Shown: positions 8,824-18,006, numbered from the stretch's first letter. The stretch is 26,906 nucleotides of DNA from an uncultured Muribaculaceae bacterium (GCA_964407685.1 CAYOWI010000015.1:1-26906); one strand, 5' to 3'. Program-made: numbers and translations. Notes: a model not told the origin generated them from the letters alone.

Positions 8824-9096
8824 ATGTTCGATTTAGTATCAAAATTTAAGCCATCAGGCGATCAGCCAGAGGCTATAAAAGAGCTTTCTGAAGGAATCAA
8901 AAATGGGAAGAAATATCAAGTTTTACTGGGGGCTACGGGGACTGGTAAGACTTTTACAATAGCAAATGTAATCAAAGAAGTTAACAAGCCAACACTGGTA
9001 CTTGCACATAACAAAACCCTTGCAGGTCAGTTGTATTCTGAGTTGAAAGAGTTGTTTCCTAACAATCAGGTTTGTTACTTTGTAAGTTACTACGAT
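8824..9096 (+). repeat. uvrB: Functional copy of the duplicated uvrB 5' segment (partner of 7214-7485)
   Basis: Direct imperfect repeat, 273 nt versus 272 nt, separated by about 1.3 kb. See the pseudogene entry. Confidence 0.85.
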
Positions 9097-10776
9097 TATT
9101 ATCAACCAGAGGCTTACGTTCCATCAAGTGATACATATATAGAAAAGGATTCCTCTATTAATGATGAGATAGATGAGCTAAGGCATTATGCTACATCATC
9201 ACTCATAAATGCTAAAGATGTAATAGTAGTAGCATCAGTTTCGTGTATATATGGTATTGGTGATAAAGAAGAATATGAAAACCATATGCTTACTTTAAAA
9301 GTTGGCCAAGAAATAAATAGAAACGAAGTGTTAACTAAATTAGTTGATATGATGTACGAAAGAAATAACATTGATTTAGTACGTGGTACTTTTAGAGCGA
9401 AAGGCGATGTTATCGAAGTTATTCCTGTTTATGAAAAAAGTCACGGAATTAGAATTGAACTATTTGGCGATGAAATAGATAGAATATCAGAGTTTGATGT
9501 ATTAACAGGAGTAGTTGTTAGTGATAAAAAGTTTATATCAATAATGCCAGCTTCTCACTTCGTAACAAGTGAAGAAAAATTAAAGAAAGCGATTGTTAAT
9601 ATTAGAGAAGAATTAGATGATAGATTAAAATATTTTAAAGAAAATGGTAAATTATTAGAGGCTGAACGCCTGGAGCAGAGGTGTAAGTATGACTTAGAAA
9701 TGCTTGCAGAAACAGGCTTTTGTTCAGGAGTAGAAAATTACTCAAGACATCTAGCTTTAAAAGCTGAAGGAGAAACGCCTACATGTCTTTTAGACTTCTT
9801 CCCAGATGATTTTTTAATGGTAGTAGATGAATCACATGTTACTTTACCACAAGTTAAAGCTATGTATAACGGGGATAGAGCAAGAAAACAGATGCTTGTT
9901 GATTATGGGTTTAGACTTCCTTCTGCGCTAGATAACAGGCCACTTAAGTATGAAGAGTTTGAAGAAAAAATAAATCAAATAATATATGTATCTGCAACTC
10001 CTGGAGATGAGGAATTACAAAAAGTTAATAACAATGTTGTAGAACAAATAATAAGACCAACTGGGCTTCTTGATCCAGTAATAGAGGTTAGAAAATCTAA
10101 TAATCAAATAGATGATTTAATAGAAGAGATACAAAAGCAAATAGATAAAGGAGATAGAACCCTTGTTACAACACTTACTATTCGCATGGCAGAAGAACTT
10201 ACTTCTTACTTAAAGAATTTAAACATAAAGGTTGCTTATCTTCATAGCAAGGTAAAAACACTAGAAAGGCTTAAAATAATACACGACTTAAGAGAAGGTA
10301 AGTATGACGTTTTAGTTGGTATAAACCTTTTAAGAGAAGGACTAGACATTCCAGAAGTTAGTTTAGTTGCAATACTTGATGCAGATAAACAAGGATTCTT
10401 AAGAAGTCATCGTAGTCTTATCCAAACAATTGGTAGATGTGCGAGAAACGCTAGTGGTAGAGTAATTATGTACGGAGATATTATAAGTGATGCGATGAAA
10501 ACCGCGATAGATGAAACTAAAAGACGTCGTGCTATCCAAATTAAATATAATGAAAAACATGGTATAGTTCCACAAACTATTAAGAAAAAGATAATGGACG
10601 TGGTAAGCGTAAGCGATGATTCATCAAAAGATAAAAAACATCGTAAACGTGAAGAAATCCATAATGATAAACTTATTAAACAATTAGAAGAAGAAATGCA
10701 AAAAGCTGCAAAAGAATTAGATTTCGAACGTGCAATGGAATTACGTGATATTATATTTGAGATGAAAGTTGGTTAA
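8824..10776 (+). CDS. uvrB: Excinuclease ABC subunit B
   Basis: ATG 8824 is preceded by AAGGAGG (8812-8818). Walker [13 protein letters not shown] box (VVDESHVT), helicase motifs and a C-terminal UVR domain ([18 protein letters not shown]) are present. The TTG 8794 start in the ORF track is rejected. Confidence 0.96.
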   Translation: MFDLVSKFKPSGDQPEAIKELSEGIKNGKKYQVLLGATGTGKTFTIANVIKEVNKPTLVLAHNKTLAGQLYSELKELFPNNQVCYFVSYYDYYQPEAYVPSSDTYIEKDSSINDEIDELRHYATSSLINAKDVIVVASVSCIYGIGDKEEYENHMLTLKVGQEINRNEVLTKLVDMMYERNNIDLVRGTFRAKGDVIEVIPVYEKSHGIRIELFGDEIDRISEFDVLTGVVVSDKKFISIMPASHFVTSEEKLKKAIVNIREELDDRLKYFKENGKLLEAERLEQRCKYDLEMLAETGFCSGVENYSRHLALKAEGETPTCLLDFFPDDFLMVVDESHVTLPQVKAMYNGDRARKQMLVDYGFRLPSALDNRPLKYEEFEEKINQIIYVSATPGDEELQKVNNNVVEQIIRPTGLLDPVIEVRKSNNQIDDLIEEIQKQIDKGDRTLVTTLTIRMAEELTSYLKNLNIKVAYLHSKVKTLERLKIIHDLREGKYDVLVGINLLREGLDIPEVSLVAILDADKQGFLRSHRSLIQTIGRCARNASGRVIMYGDIISDAMKTAIDETKRRRAIQIKYNEKHGIVPQTIKKKIMDVVSVSDDSSKDKKHRKREEIHNDKLIKQLEEEMQKAAKELDFERAMELRDIIFEMKVG

Positions 10777-10949
10777 AAAATAATTTTACTAAAATGCTTT
10801 AAAAATAGAAAAATGATTCAAAAAAAAGAAATTTTGTTTATCAATTTTTCTTTTTTTATACCATAAAAATTACAAAAACGTTATTTTGATAATTTGCATG
10901 CTATTTAAATAAATATTACTATGCAAACAAAAGGGATATTTGTATAACA

Positions 10950-11117
10950 AATTTAAAAAAGTATAATGAAAGTATTAAACATATTGATGAATATGGTAAT
11001 GAGTATTGGGAAGCTCGTGAATTACAAACGATATTAGAATATAAATAATGGAGAAATTTTAATAAAGTAATAATCAAAGCAATTTTAGCAGATTACAAAA
11101 TGAAACTATGCCATTAA
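10950..11117 (+). pseudogene. Fragment of a DinD-like (DNA-damage-inducible protein D family) gene
   Basis: The frame reads ..NESIKHIDEYGNEYWEARELQTILEYK*WRNFNKVIIKAILADYKMKLCH*. This parallels the DinD N-terminus as I recall it (FEEIK..NG.E.WSAR.L...L.Y..). It has an in-frame TAA at 11046-11048, no start codon, and truncation or an internal deletion after about 55 codons. Confidence 0.5.
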
Positions 11118-11287
11118 AATTCATAAAAGGGGTTGAAAACGTGGAAGATTTAAAGATTATTGAATGATATATTTTTACTCACTTTGATTGTAATGCTGAA
11201 AATAATAATATTAAACTATAAACAGGTAGTATTTGCATTTATTCTTTGTTTTGTGTTATTATATTTAACCAATAAAAGAGGGATAGT

Positions 11288-12196
11288 ATGGAAATAACAA
11301 AACAAATGGCTGATGAAGACTTTCTTCAATTAAAAGGGTTAGCAAAAGTAGGCAAGGGAATGTTTTCACCTAACTTTAGTAAATATGATAATATTTATCC
11401 ATTCACTAATGATAGACTAAATGATATATTCAACGTATTAGATTCTAGCAAAGGTGTTCTTACGGTAACTGCATCAGGAGATCAAGCTTTAATGGCGATA
11501 CTAAATGGTGCTCCTTACGTTAAGATGTTTGATATTAATCGTTTGGCAAAGTATTTTGCGATTTTTAAATTTGTAGCCATTGATTGTTTATCTTATGAAG
11601 AATTTATAAAATTATACAAGATAGACATTCCATTTTCCAATTCCATAGCAGGAGGTTTTTTAACAAATCCAAACGTTAATTTATATAATAAGGTGTGTTC
11701 TAATATGAACTATTCTTGTGCTAAATTTTTTGAATCACTTTATGAATTTATGAAGACTGCAAAAGTTGATGAAAAATATAATCTAGTTAATATTAAGTAT
11801 TACCCAAAATTGGCAGGGTATTTAACAAGAAAAAATTATGAAGTGATACAACAAAGGATAAGAGAGATTTATCCATTAGATTTTATTGACTGTAATATAT
11901 TTGATTTGAAACAAAATTTAGGAAATGAAACTTATTCAGCAATGGTTTTTTCTAATATAAGTAGCTATTTTACTGAAAAAGAGCTAAAGGATTATTTGAA
12001 ATTATTGAAATCATTAAATAATAATTTAACGGATGGTGGCTTTATTCAAGCTGGTTATGGTACTGCAAAATATAAATTTGATGGTTTTGAAATAGGTAAG
12101 AATGGAATGAACCCTAGGTTTGTTGATGAACATAGTAATTATTTTTTTGAAACAGAGGCCCATGGTATGAAAACGACTTTTTATATTAAAAAATAA
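11288..12196 (+). CDS. DUF3419/BtaA-like SAM-dependent methyltransferase-fold protein
   Basis: 302-aa ORF with RBS agaggga. VLTVTASGDQALMAILNGAPYVKMFDINRLAKYFAIFKFVAIDCLSYEEF resembles the DUF3419 core (ItSaGcNaL...vDlNpaQ..LleLK). The later YSAMVFSNISSYF...LTDGGFI also fits. The call rests on motif recall only. Confidence 0.4.
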   Translation: MEITKQMADEDFLQLKGLAKVGKGMFSPNFSKYDNIYPFTNDRLNDIFNVLDSSKGVLTVTASGDQALMAILNGAPYVKMFDINRLAKYFAIFKFVAIDCLSYEEFIKLYKIDIPFSNSIAGGFLTNPNVNLYNKVCSNMNYSCAKFFESLYEFMKTAKVDEKYNLVNIKYYPKLAGYLTRKNYEVIQQRIREIYPLDFIDCNIFDLKQNLGNETYSAMVFSNISSYFTEKELKDYLKLLKSLNNNLTDGGFIQAGYGTAKYKFDGFEIGKNGMNPRFVDEHSNYFFETEAHGMKTTFYIKK

Positions 12197-12288
12197 AATG
12201 GTTATATTTTACATAATCATTTTTTTAATTGTGTGTTAAAATAGGTATCAACAAATGCCGATATGTAGTACAATTGTTCATATTTCGG

Positions 12289-12316
12289 TTGAAATAATTT
12301 GTATTTATGATAGAAT
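12289..12316 (+). promoter_or_regulatory. uvrA: Putative sigma-A promoter for uvrA
   Basis: TTGAAA (12289-12294), a 16-nt spacer, then TGaTAGAAT (extended -10, TAGAAT at 12311-12316). It lies 26 nt before the uvrA ATG. Confidence 0.4.
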
Positions 12317-12341
12317 TGATATTAGAAAAAAGGTGATAGTT

Positions 12342-15155
12342 ATGGATAAAATAATAGTAAAAGGCGCTAGGGAAAATAATTTAAAGAACGTTGATATAGA
12401 AATACCAAAGGATAAGTTAACGGTAATGACTGGAGTATCAGGTAGTGGTAAGTCTAGTTTGGCTTTTGATACTATATATGCAGAAGGTCAAAGAAGATAT
12501 GTTGAATCTTTAAGTGCTTACGCAAGACAATTTTTAGGGGGAACTTCAAAACCAGATGTTGATTCTATTGAAGGTCTTTCTCCATCTATTTCGATAGATC
12601 AAAAAACAACCAACAATAACCCAAGGTCAACGGTTGGAACGGTAACTGAAATATATGATTATTTTAGACTTTTATTTGCAAGAATTGGTGTGCCGTATTG
12701 TCCTAATCATAATATTCCAATATCTAGTCAATCTATTGAAGAGATGACTACCCAGATAATGAATGAAGAAGATGGTACAAAACTTATTATTATGTCACCA
12801 GTAGCATATGGAGAAAAAGGTACTTTTAAAGATTTACTTGATCACTTAAGAAAAGAAGGCTATGTAAGAGTTAAAATAGATGATGAAACAAGGGATTTAA
12901 GTGAAGATATTGTTTTAGATAAAAATAAAAAACATAACATATTGGTTGTTATAGATAGAATAGTTAAAAAAGATGAATCAAGAAGTAGAATATATGAAGC
13001 AATAGAACTAGCTTGCAGGCTATCTAAAGGAAAAGCTGTTGTAGAAATACCTGGCAGAGAAGAAATAGTAATGAGTGAGTCTTTCGCATGCCCTCATTGT
13101 GATTTTTCACTAGAAGAATTAGAACCTAGGATGTTTAGTTTTAACGCTCCTTATGGATCGTGCCCAGATTGTAAGGGATTAGGTTTTAAACAAAAGATAA
13201 GTGAACAATTAATAATTCCAGATAAAGAAAAAACACTTGCAAGAGGAGGTATTGAACCGCTTGCAGGGATGGATGACCAAAATATCTATATTAAGAAGTT
13301 AGAAATCGTTTGTGATAAATTTAATATCGATATGAATAAAAAGATGAAAGATTTCACTAAAAAAGAATTAGATATTATTCTAAGGGGTACGAAAGAGCCT
13401 ATCGAGTTTAAGTTTAAAACTAGAAGTGGTAACGAAATGAATAGCTTTGAACCTTACGAAGGAATATTAAATAATTTAGAGAGAAGATACTTTGAAACTA
13501 ATAGTGAATTTGTAAGAGAGTGGCTTGGTAAGTACATGGTAGAACTTACTTGTCCTACTTGTCATGGTAAAAGACTTAAACAAAGCGTTTTATCAGTTCT
13601 AATAAACAAGAAAAACATAATTGATTTAACTGACATGAACATTGATAAACTATATGATTTCTTTGATAAATTAAAACTAAGTAAAGAAAAAGAAGAAATA
13701 GCAAGACTTCTTATAAAAGAGATAAAATCTAGATTAGAATTTTTACATAACGTAGGTCTTGGTTATCTTACTTTATCACGTAGTGCTGGAACTTTATCAG
13801 GTGGTGAAGCACAAAGAATAAGACTTGCAACCCAAATAGGCTCACAGTTAACGGGAGTATTATACGTACTAGATGAACCAAGTATTGGTCTTCACCAAAG
13901 AGATAACCAAAGACTTATTGATTCTTTACTAAAGATGAGAGATTTAGGTAATACATTAGTTGTTGTAGAACATGATACTGATACCATGCTTCAAGCTGAC
14001 TATTTAGTAGACGTAGGTCCTGGTGCGGGTGATCATGGTGGTGAAATAGTAGCATGTGGAACGCCCGAAGAAGTTATGCAAAATGAGAGTAGTTTAACGG
14101 GAGATTATCTAAGTGGTAGAAAAGAAATAGAAGTTCCTAAAAAACGTAGAAAAGGTAATGGTAACTTTATCGAAATTAAAGGTGCTAAGGAAAATAATCT
14201 TAAAAACATTAACGTTAAGTTTCCTTTAGGTAAGTTAGTTTTAGTAACCGGTGTATCTGGTTCTGGTAAAAGTAGTTTAATAAATCAAATATTATACAAA
14301 GCTTTAGCGCTAAACGTATATGGTTCTAAAGTTATTCCAGGTAAACATAAATCAATAAAAGGATTAGAAAACGTAGATAAAGTAATAGATATAACGCAAG
14401 ATCCAATCGGAAGAACACCACGTAGTAATCCAGCTACTTATGTCGGCGTGTTTGATGATATAAGAGATGTTTTTGCAAATACTAAGGAAGCTAAAATAAG
14501 GGGTTATGAAAAAGGAAGATTTTCATTTAACGTAAAAGGCGGAAGGTGCGAAGCTTGCTGGGGAGATGGAGTTAAGAAAATTTCGATGAACTTCTTGCCA
14601 GATGTATATGTTCCTTGTGAGGTATGTGGTGGAACAAGATTTAACAAGGAAACTCTAGAAGTTAGGTATAAAGGAAAAACCATTTATGACGTTTTACAAA
14701 TGCGCGTAGAAGAAGCTTTAGAATTCTTTGAAAATCATCCTAAGATAAAAAGAAAACTTAGGGTATTAATGGATGTTGGATTAGGTTATATAAAACTAGG
14801 ACAAAGTGCACCAACCTTATCAGGCGGTGAAGCATCGCGTGTTAAACTTGCTAAAGAATTACAAAAGAAACCTACTGGTAAAAGTGTGTTTATACTAGAT
14901 GAACCAACTACTGGTCTTCATAGTCATGATATTAAAAGATTACTTGTAATACTAAACAGAATAGTTGATAATGGAGACACCGTAATCGTAATCGAACACA
15001 ACCTTGACGTTATAAAGGTGGCAGACCATATAATCGACCTTGGACCAGAAGGTGGAGATGGTGGTGGAACCATAGTTTGTGAGGGAACACCAGAGAAGGT
15101 GGCTAAATGTACCGAATCATATACAGGACAATATTTAAAAAAAATATTAAAATAA
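12342..15155 (+). CDS. uvrA: Excinuclease ABC subunit A
   Basis: ATG 12342 (MDKIIVKGARENNLKNV) has RBS aaaggtga. There are two ABC modules (GVSGSGKSS twice, LSGGE twice) and zinc-finger CxxC pairs (CPHC/CPDC, CPTC, CEAC/CEVC). The ATG 12255 start in the ORF track adds a non-conserved 29-aa extension and is rejected. Confidence 0.96.
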   Translation: MDKIIVKGARENNLKNVDIEIPKDKLTVMTGVSGSGKSSLAFDTIYAEGQRRYVESLSAYARQFLGGTSKPDVDSIEGLSPSISIDQKTTNNNPRSTVGTVTEIYDYFRLLFARIGVPYCPNHNIPISSQSIEEMTTQIMNEEDGTKLIIMSPVAYGEKGTFKDLLDHLRKEGYVRVKIDDETRDLSEDIVLDKNKKHNILVVIDRIVKKDESRSRIYEAIELACRLSKGKAVVEIPGREEIVMSESFACPHCDFSLEELEPRMFSFNAPYGSCPDCKGLGFKQKISEQLIIPDKEKTLARGGIEPLAGMDDQNIYIKKLEIVCDKFNIDMNKKMKDFTKKELDIILRGTKEPIEFKFKTRSGNEMNSFEPYEGILNNLERRYFETNSEFVREWLGKYMVELTCPTCHGKRLKQSVLSVLINKKNIIDLTDMNIDKLYDFFDKLKLSKEKEEIARLLIKEIKSRLEFLHNVGLGYLTLSRSAGTLSGGEAQRIRLATQIGSQLTGVLYVLDEPSIGLHQRDNQRLIDSLLKMRDLGNTLVVVEHDTDTMLQADYLVDVGPGAGDHGGEIVACGTPEEVMQNESSLTGDYLSGRKEIEVPKKRRKGNGNFIEIKGAKENNLKNINVKFPLGKLVLVTGVSGSGKSSLINQILYKALALNVYGSKVIPGKHKSIKGLENVDKVIDITQDPIGRTPRSNPATYVGVFDDIRDVFANTKEAKIRGYEKGRFSFNVKGGRCEACWGDGVKKISMNFLPDVYVPCEVCGGTRFNKETLEVRYKGKTIYDVLQMRVEEALEFFENHPKIKRKLRVLMDVGLGYIKLGQSAPTLSGGEASRVKLAKELQKKPTGKSVFILDEPTTGLHSHDIKRLLVILNRIVDNGDTVIVIEHNLDVIKVADHIIDLGPEGGDGGGTIVCEGTPEKVAKCTESYTGQYLKKILK

Positions 15156-15183
15156 AGCGTGTTTTTATAACAAATGAATAATA

Positions 15184-15220
15184 ATAAAGTGGAGGTTAAT
15201 ATAACTTTCACTTTATTTTT
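15184..15220 (+). terminator. Possible terminator after uvrA
   Basis: ATAAAGTG (15184-15191) pairs with CACTTTAT (15209-15216) across a 17-nt loop, then TTTTT. The large loop makes this weak. Confidence 0.35.
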
Positions 15221-15301
15221 GTATGGTTTTTTTGTTAACTTAATATTACCTTTTTAAGCTTTGCAAATGATAAAATATATAGAGAAAGGAGTTATTACAG
15301 T

Positions 15302-15718
15302 ATGAAAACAATGAATGTTAATTGGCCTAAAACCAAAAATAATGTAAAAGAATTAATAAACAAATACAATTATTATAGTTTATCGGTTGATAGTAAATCT
15401 GATTCAAAAATAAATGATGATTTTTTGTTAGAACAATTAGATTCTTATCAAAATGATAATATCTATTTAAAAAAGGATGATTGTGAATTGAAAGACAGAG
15501 TTGTTTTCATTAATTTCGTGAGATCTTCCTTTAATAGATTAACGACCGAGGAAAGAAAGATAATATATTGGACTTACTTTGATAAAGAAGATAATTATGA
15601 CGATAGATTTATTGCTAATAACCTTGGATTTTCATTAGGCTATTATTATATAAAAAAGAAAGAAACTTTAATTAGGTTTGCATATTCTTTAGGAATTGAA
15701 GAAATAGAAGATAAATAA
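15302..15718 (+). CDS. ArpU-family-like small transcriptional regulator (sigma region-4-like C-terminus)
   Basis: 138-aa ORF with RBS aaaggag. The C-terminal LTTEERKIIYWTYFDKEDNYDDRFIANNLGFSLGYYYIKKKETLIRFAYSL fits the ArpU/RinA-type pattern (L..eE..ii...Y.......i...l..S...yy..k..Al..fA). The size is typical of the family. Confidence 0.4.
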   Translation: MKTMNVNWPKTKNNVKELINKYNYYSLSVDSKSDSKINDDFLLEQLDSYQNDNIYLKKDDCELKDRVVFINFVRSSFNRLTTEERKIIYWTYFDKEDNYDDRFIANNLGFSLGYYYIKKKETLIRFAYSLGIEEIEDK

Positions 15719-15819
15719 GGAATGCGTAAAAAATAATTTAAATAAAATAAATGGGTATCTTGTCGCAAAAATAATTATATTAATTTAGTTTTCTATGCTA
15801 TAATTATAATGGTGATAAA

Positions 15820-16260
15820 ATGAAAGTAATAGTAGTAGATGATAATAATAAAAAAAGTAAAGGTTCAAAAATAGAGTACCGATTAAATCTGTTTTTGGAA
15901 TGGCTTATATACATGTTTGGATACGCCATTGTGTTACTTATTACCTCTAACTTGTTTAGATCTTTATACGTAGAAAATTTCTGGTATGGTTTTTTGGCAG
16001 CAATTATAATTTATGGACTTAATAAAACTGTTAAACCATTTATAGTTACACTTACTTTGCCGCTTATTGGAATGTCACTTGGATTATTTTATTTTGTTAT
16101 AAATGTTTTTATACTTTTGCTAGTGACTTTGTTTCTTGGAAAACATTTTTATTTAAGGGGCTTTTTATCGCCTTTTATTGTATCTATATTTATAAGTATA
16201 ATGAACGTTTTAATGGAAAGCCTTATAATAAAACCACTTATAGAAAGGTGTAAAAAATAA
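15820..16260 (+). CDS. YvlD-type membrane protein (phage holin 4_2 / DUF360 family)
   Basis: 146-aa ORF with four hydrophobic segments. NKTVKPFIVTLTLPLIGMSLGLFYFVINVFILLLV matches the family core. It sits immediately upstream of lgt, as the yvl genes do in Bacillus-type synteny. Confidence 0.6.
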   Translation: MKVIVVDDNNKKSKGSKIEYRLNLFLEWLIYMFGYAIVLLITSNLFRSLYVENFWYGFLAAIIIYGLNKTVKPFIVTLTLPLIGMSLGLFYFVINVFILLLVTLFLGKHFYLRGFLSPFIVSIFISIMNVLMESLIIKPLIERCKK

Positions 16261-16261
16261 C

Positions 16262-17071
16262 ATGAGTAAGATAGCTATTAGCATGGGACCAATTACTATA
16301 ACGTGGTATTCTATATGTATTCTTTTAGGAATAATTTTAGCCGGGATAATAATAAATAAAGAAGCTAAAAAAAGTAACATACCACCGGTATTTGTAACGA
16401 ACCTTGTTTTTTGGTGTGTTGTTTTTGGTATTCTTGGCGCTAGAATTTATTATGTATTATTTAATTTAGATTATTATAGTTTGGCTCCTATAGAAATAAT
16501 AAAGATATGGAATGGAGGCCTTGCAATTCACGGTGGTATGATAGCAGGACTAATTACGTTAATAATTTACTGTAAAAAGTATGGTGTTAATGTTTTAAAA
16601 ATGCTTGATATCGCTGTCCCAGGAATAATTTTAGCACAGGGAGTAGGAAGATGGGGAAACTTTTTTAACGCTGAAGCCCATGGAGGGGTAGTATCAAAAG
16701 CGTTTTTAGAAAGTATTCACTTGCCGGAATTTATTATTAATGGAATGCATATTGGTGGAAACTACTATCATCCAACGTTTCTTTATGAGTCGATATTCTG
16801 TTTAATTGGTTTTTTTGTTTTAGTTGGTATTAGAAGCCTAAAAAAAACAAAGTTAGGTAATACTACCTCAATATACCTTATATGGTATGGTACCGTTAGA
16901 TTTTTTATTGAAGCTCTTAGAACGGACAGCTTAATGTTAGGTAATATAAAAATGGCGCAGTTGGTTTCAATATTTATGATTGTAATTGGAATAATTATGT
17001 TTATATTAACTAAACTTAAGTGTAAAAACTATGCTGATGAGGTGACGGTTAAAGATGGAAACAAAATCTAA
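16262..17071 (+). CDS. lgt: Prolipoprotein diacylglyceryl transferase
   Basis: Motifs W.GGLAIHGGMIAG and GRWGNFFNAEAHG, a 7-TM-like profile, and 269 aa. Confidence 0.9.
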   Translation: MSKIAISMGPITITWYSICILLGIILAGIIINKEAKKSNIPPVFVTNLVFWCVVFGILGARIYYVLFNLDYYSLAPIEIIKIWNGGLAIHGGMIAGLITLIIYCKKYGVNVLKMLDIAVPGIILAQGVGRWGNFFNAEAHGGVVSKAFLESIHLPEFIINGMHIGGNYYHPTFLYESIFCLIGFFVLVGIRSLKKTKLGNTTSIYLIWYGTVRFFIEALRTDSLMLGNIKMAQLVSIFMIVIGIIMFILTKLKCKNYADEVTVKDGNKI

Positions 17072-17972
17072 TTATGACGTTATTATAATAGGTGCAGGCC
17101 CAGGTGGACTTAGTGCTGCTATTTATTTAAAAAGAGCTGGTATAGAGCCACTTATTTTAGAAGCAAACGCGCCTGGTGGAACACTAAATAAAACACACAA
17201 AATAGAAAATTATCCGGGATATACGGATAAAGACGGAACAACCCTTGCATTTAGAATGTATAGCCAAGCTTTAGAATTAGATGTCCCTTTTAAAACTGAA
17301 AAAGTAATAAATATTGAAAAGGAAAATGGGATTTATAAGGTAATTACCGAAAGCAATTTTTATGGTGCAAAATACGTGATTCTTGCAACTGGTAAAACAC
17401 CTAGAAAACTAAAAATAGATAATGCAGATAAGTATGAAGGTAACGGAATTTCTTACTGTGCTATATGTGATGGGGCTTTATATAAAAACAAGAACGTTGC
17501 TATAGTGGGCGGTGGTAATTCTGCCATGGAATCGGCCTCTTACCTAAAGGATATTGCAAAAAATATTTATGTGATAAATCGTTCGTCTTCTTTGCGTGCT
17601 GATAAAAAAGAACAGGATGATGTTATAAATAGTGATAACGTTACGGTTATATATGATAGTAAAATAAATGATATAATAGAAAAAGAAGGAGAAATAGTAG
17701 GTTTAAAATTAGATAATGGTAAAAAGTTAAATGTTTCTGCTATATTTGTTTGCATTGGTCAAGAGGCAAACACGGCTTATTATCAAAATTTGAAATTAAA
17801 TACTGATGATTTAGGTATTATAGTTGATGAAAACATGAAAACAAGTGCTGATAATGTTTATGCCTGTGGTGACGTTATAAGTAAAAATCTATATCAAGTG
17901 GTTACTGCGGTAAGTGAAGGGGCAATTGCAGCTACAAATATAATAAAAGAATCTAAAAGTAAAATAATATAA
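17055..17972 (+). CDS. trxB: Thioredoxin-disulfide reductase (low-Mr TrxR type)
   Basis: FAD motif IIIGAGPGGLSAAIY, redox-active CAICDG, second dinucleotide motif VGGGNSAMESA, and C-terminal GDV...Q.VTA.G.G..AA. It overlaps lgt by 17 nt, with RBS gaggtga. Confidence 0.85.
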   Translation: METKSNYDVIIIGAGPGGLSAAIYLKRAGIEPLILEANAPGGTLNKTHKIENYPGYTDKDGTTLAFRMYSQALELDVPFKTEKVINIEKENGIYKVITESNFYGAKYVILATGKTPRKLKIDNADKYEGNGISYCAICDGALYKNKNVAIVGGGNSAMESASYLKDIAKNIYVINRSSSLRADKKEQDDVINSDNVTVIYDSKINDIIEKEGEIVGLKLDNGKKLNVSAIFVCIGQEANTAYYQNLKLNTDDLGIIVDENMKTSADNVYACGDVISKNLYQVVTAVSEGAIAATNIIKESKSKII

Positions 17973-18006
17973 AAGGACAATTATTTGACTTAAAAAAATT
18001 AGTGAT

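Noticed and set aside
10827-10858. Terminator after uvrB (aagaaatt...aatttttctt followed by a T-run)
   Set aside because: The stem is almost pure A/T, with a bulge and a single G-C pair. I am not confident it forms, so it is not listed as a feature.
12255-12341. N-terminal extensions proposed by the ORF track (uvrA from 12255; also uvrB from 8794, ftsX from 3851, parB from 20496, DUF951 from 22144)
   Set aside because: In each case an internal ATG with a properly spaced SD begins exactly where the conserved protein sequence begins. The extensions are non-conserved or overlap the preceding gene.
15302-16260. Prophage remnant suggested by an ArpU-like regulator next to a holin-family gene, plus the DinD/Bro-like fragment at 10950-11117
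   Set aside because: The holin 4_2/DUF360 gene is the conserved yvlD-type neighbour of lgt in Bacillota and not a lysis-cassette gene. There are no integrase, terminase, capsid, tail or endolysin genes, and the three pieces are separated by core genes.
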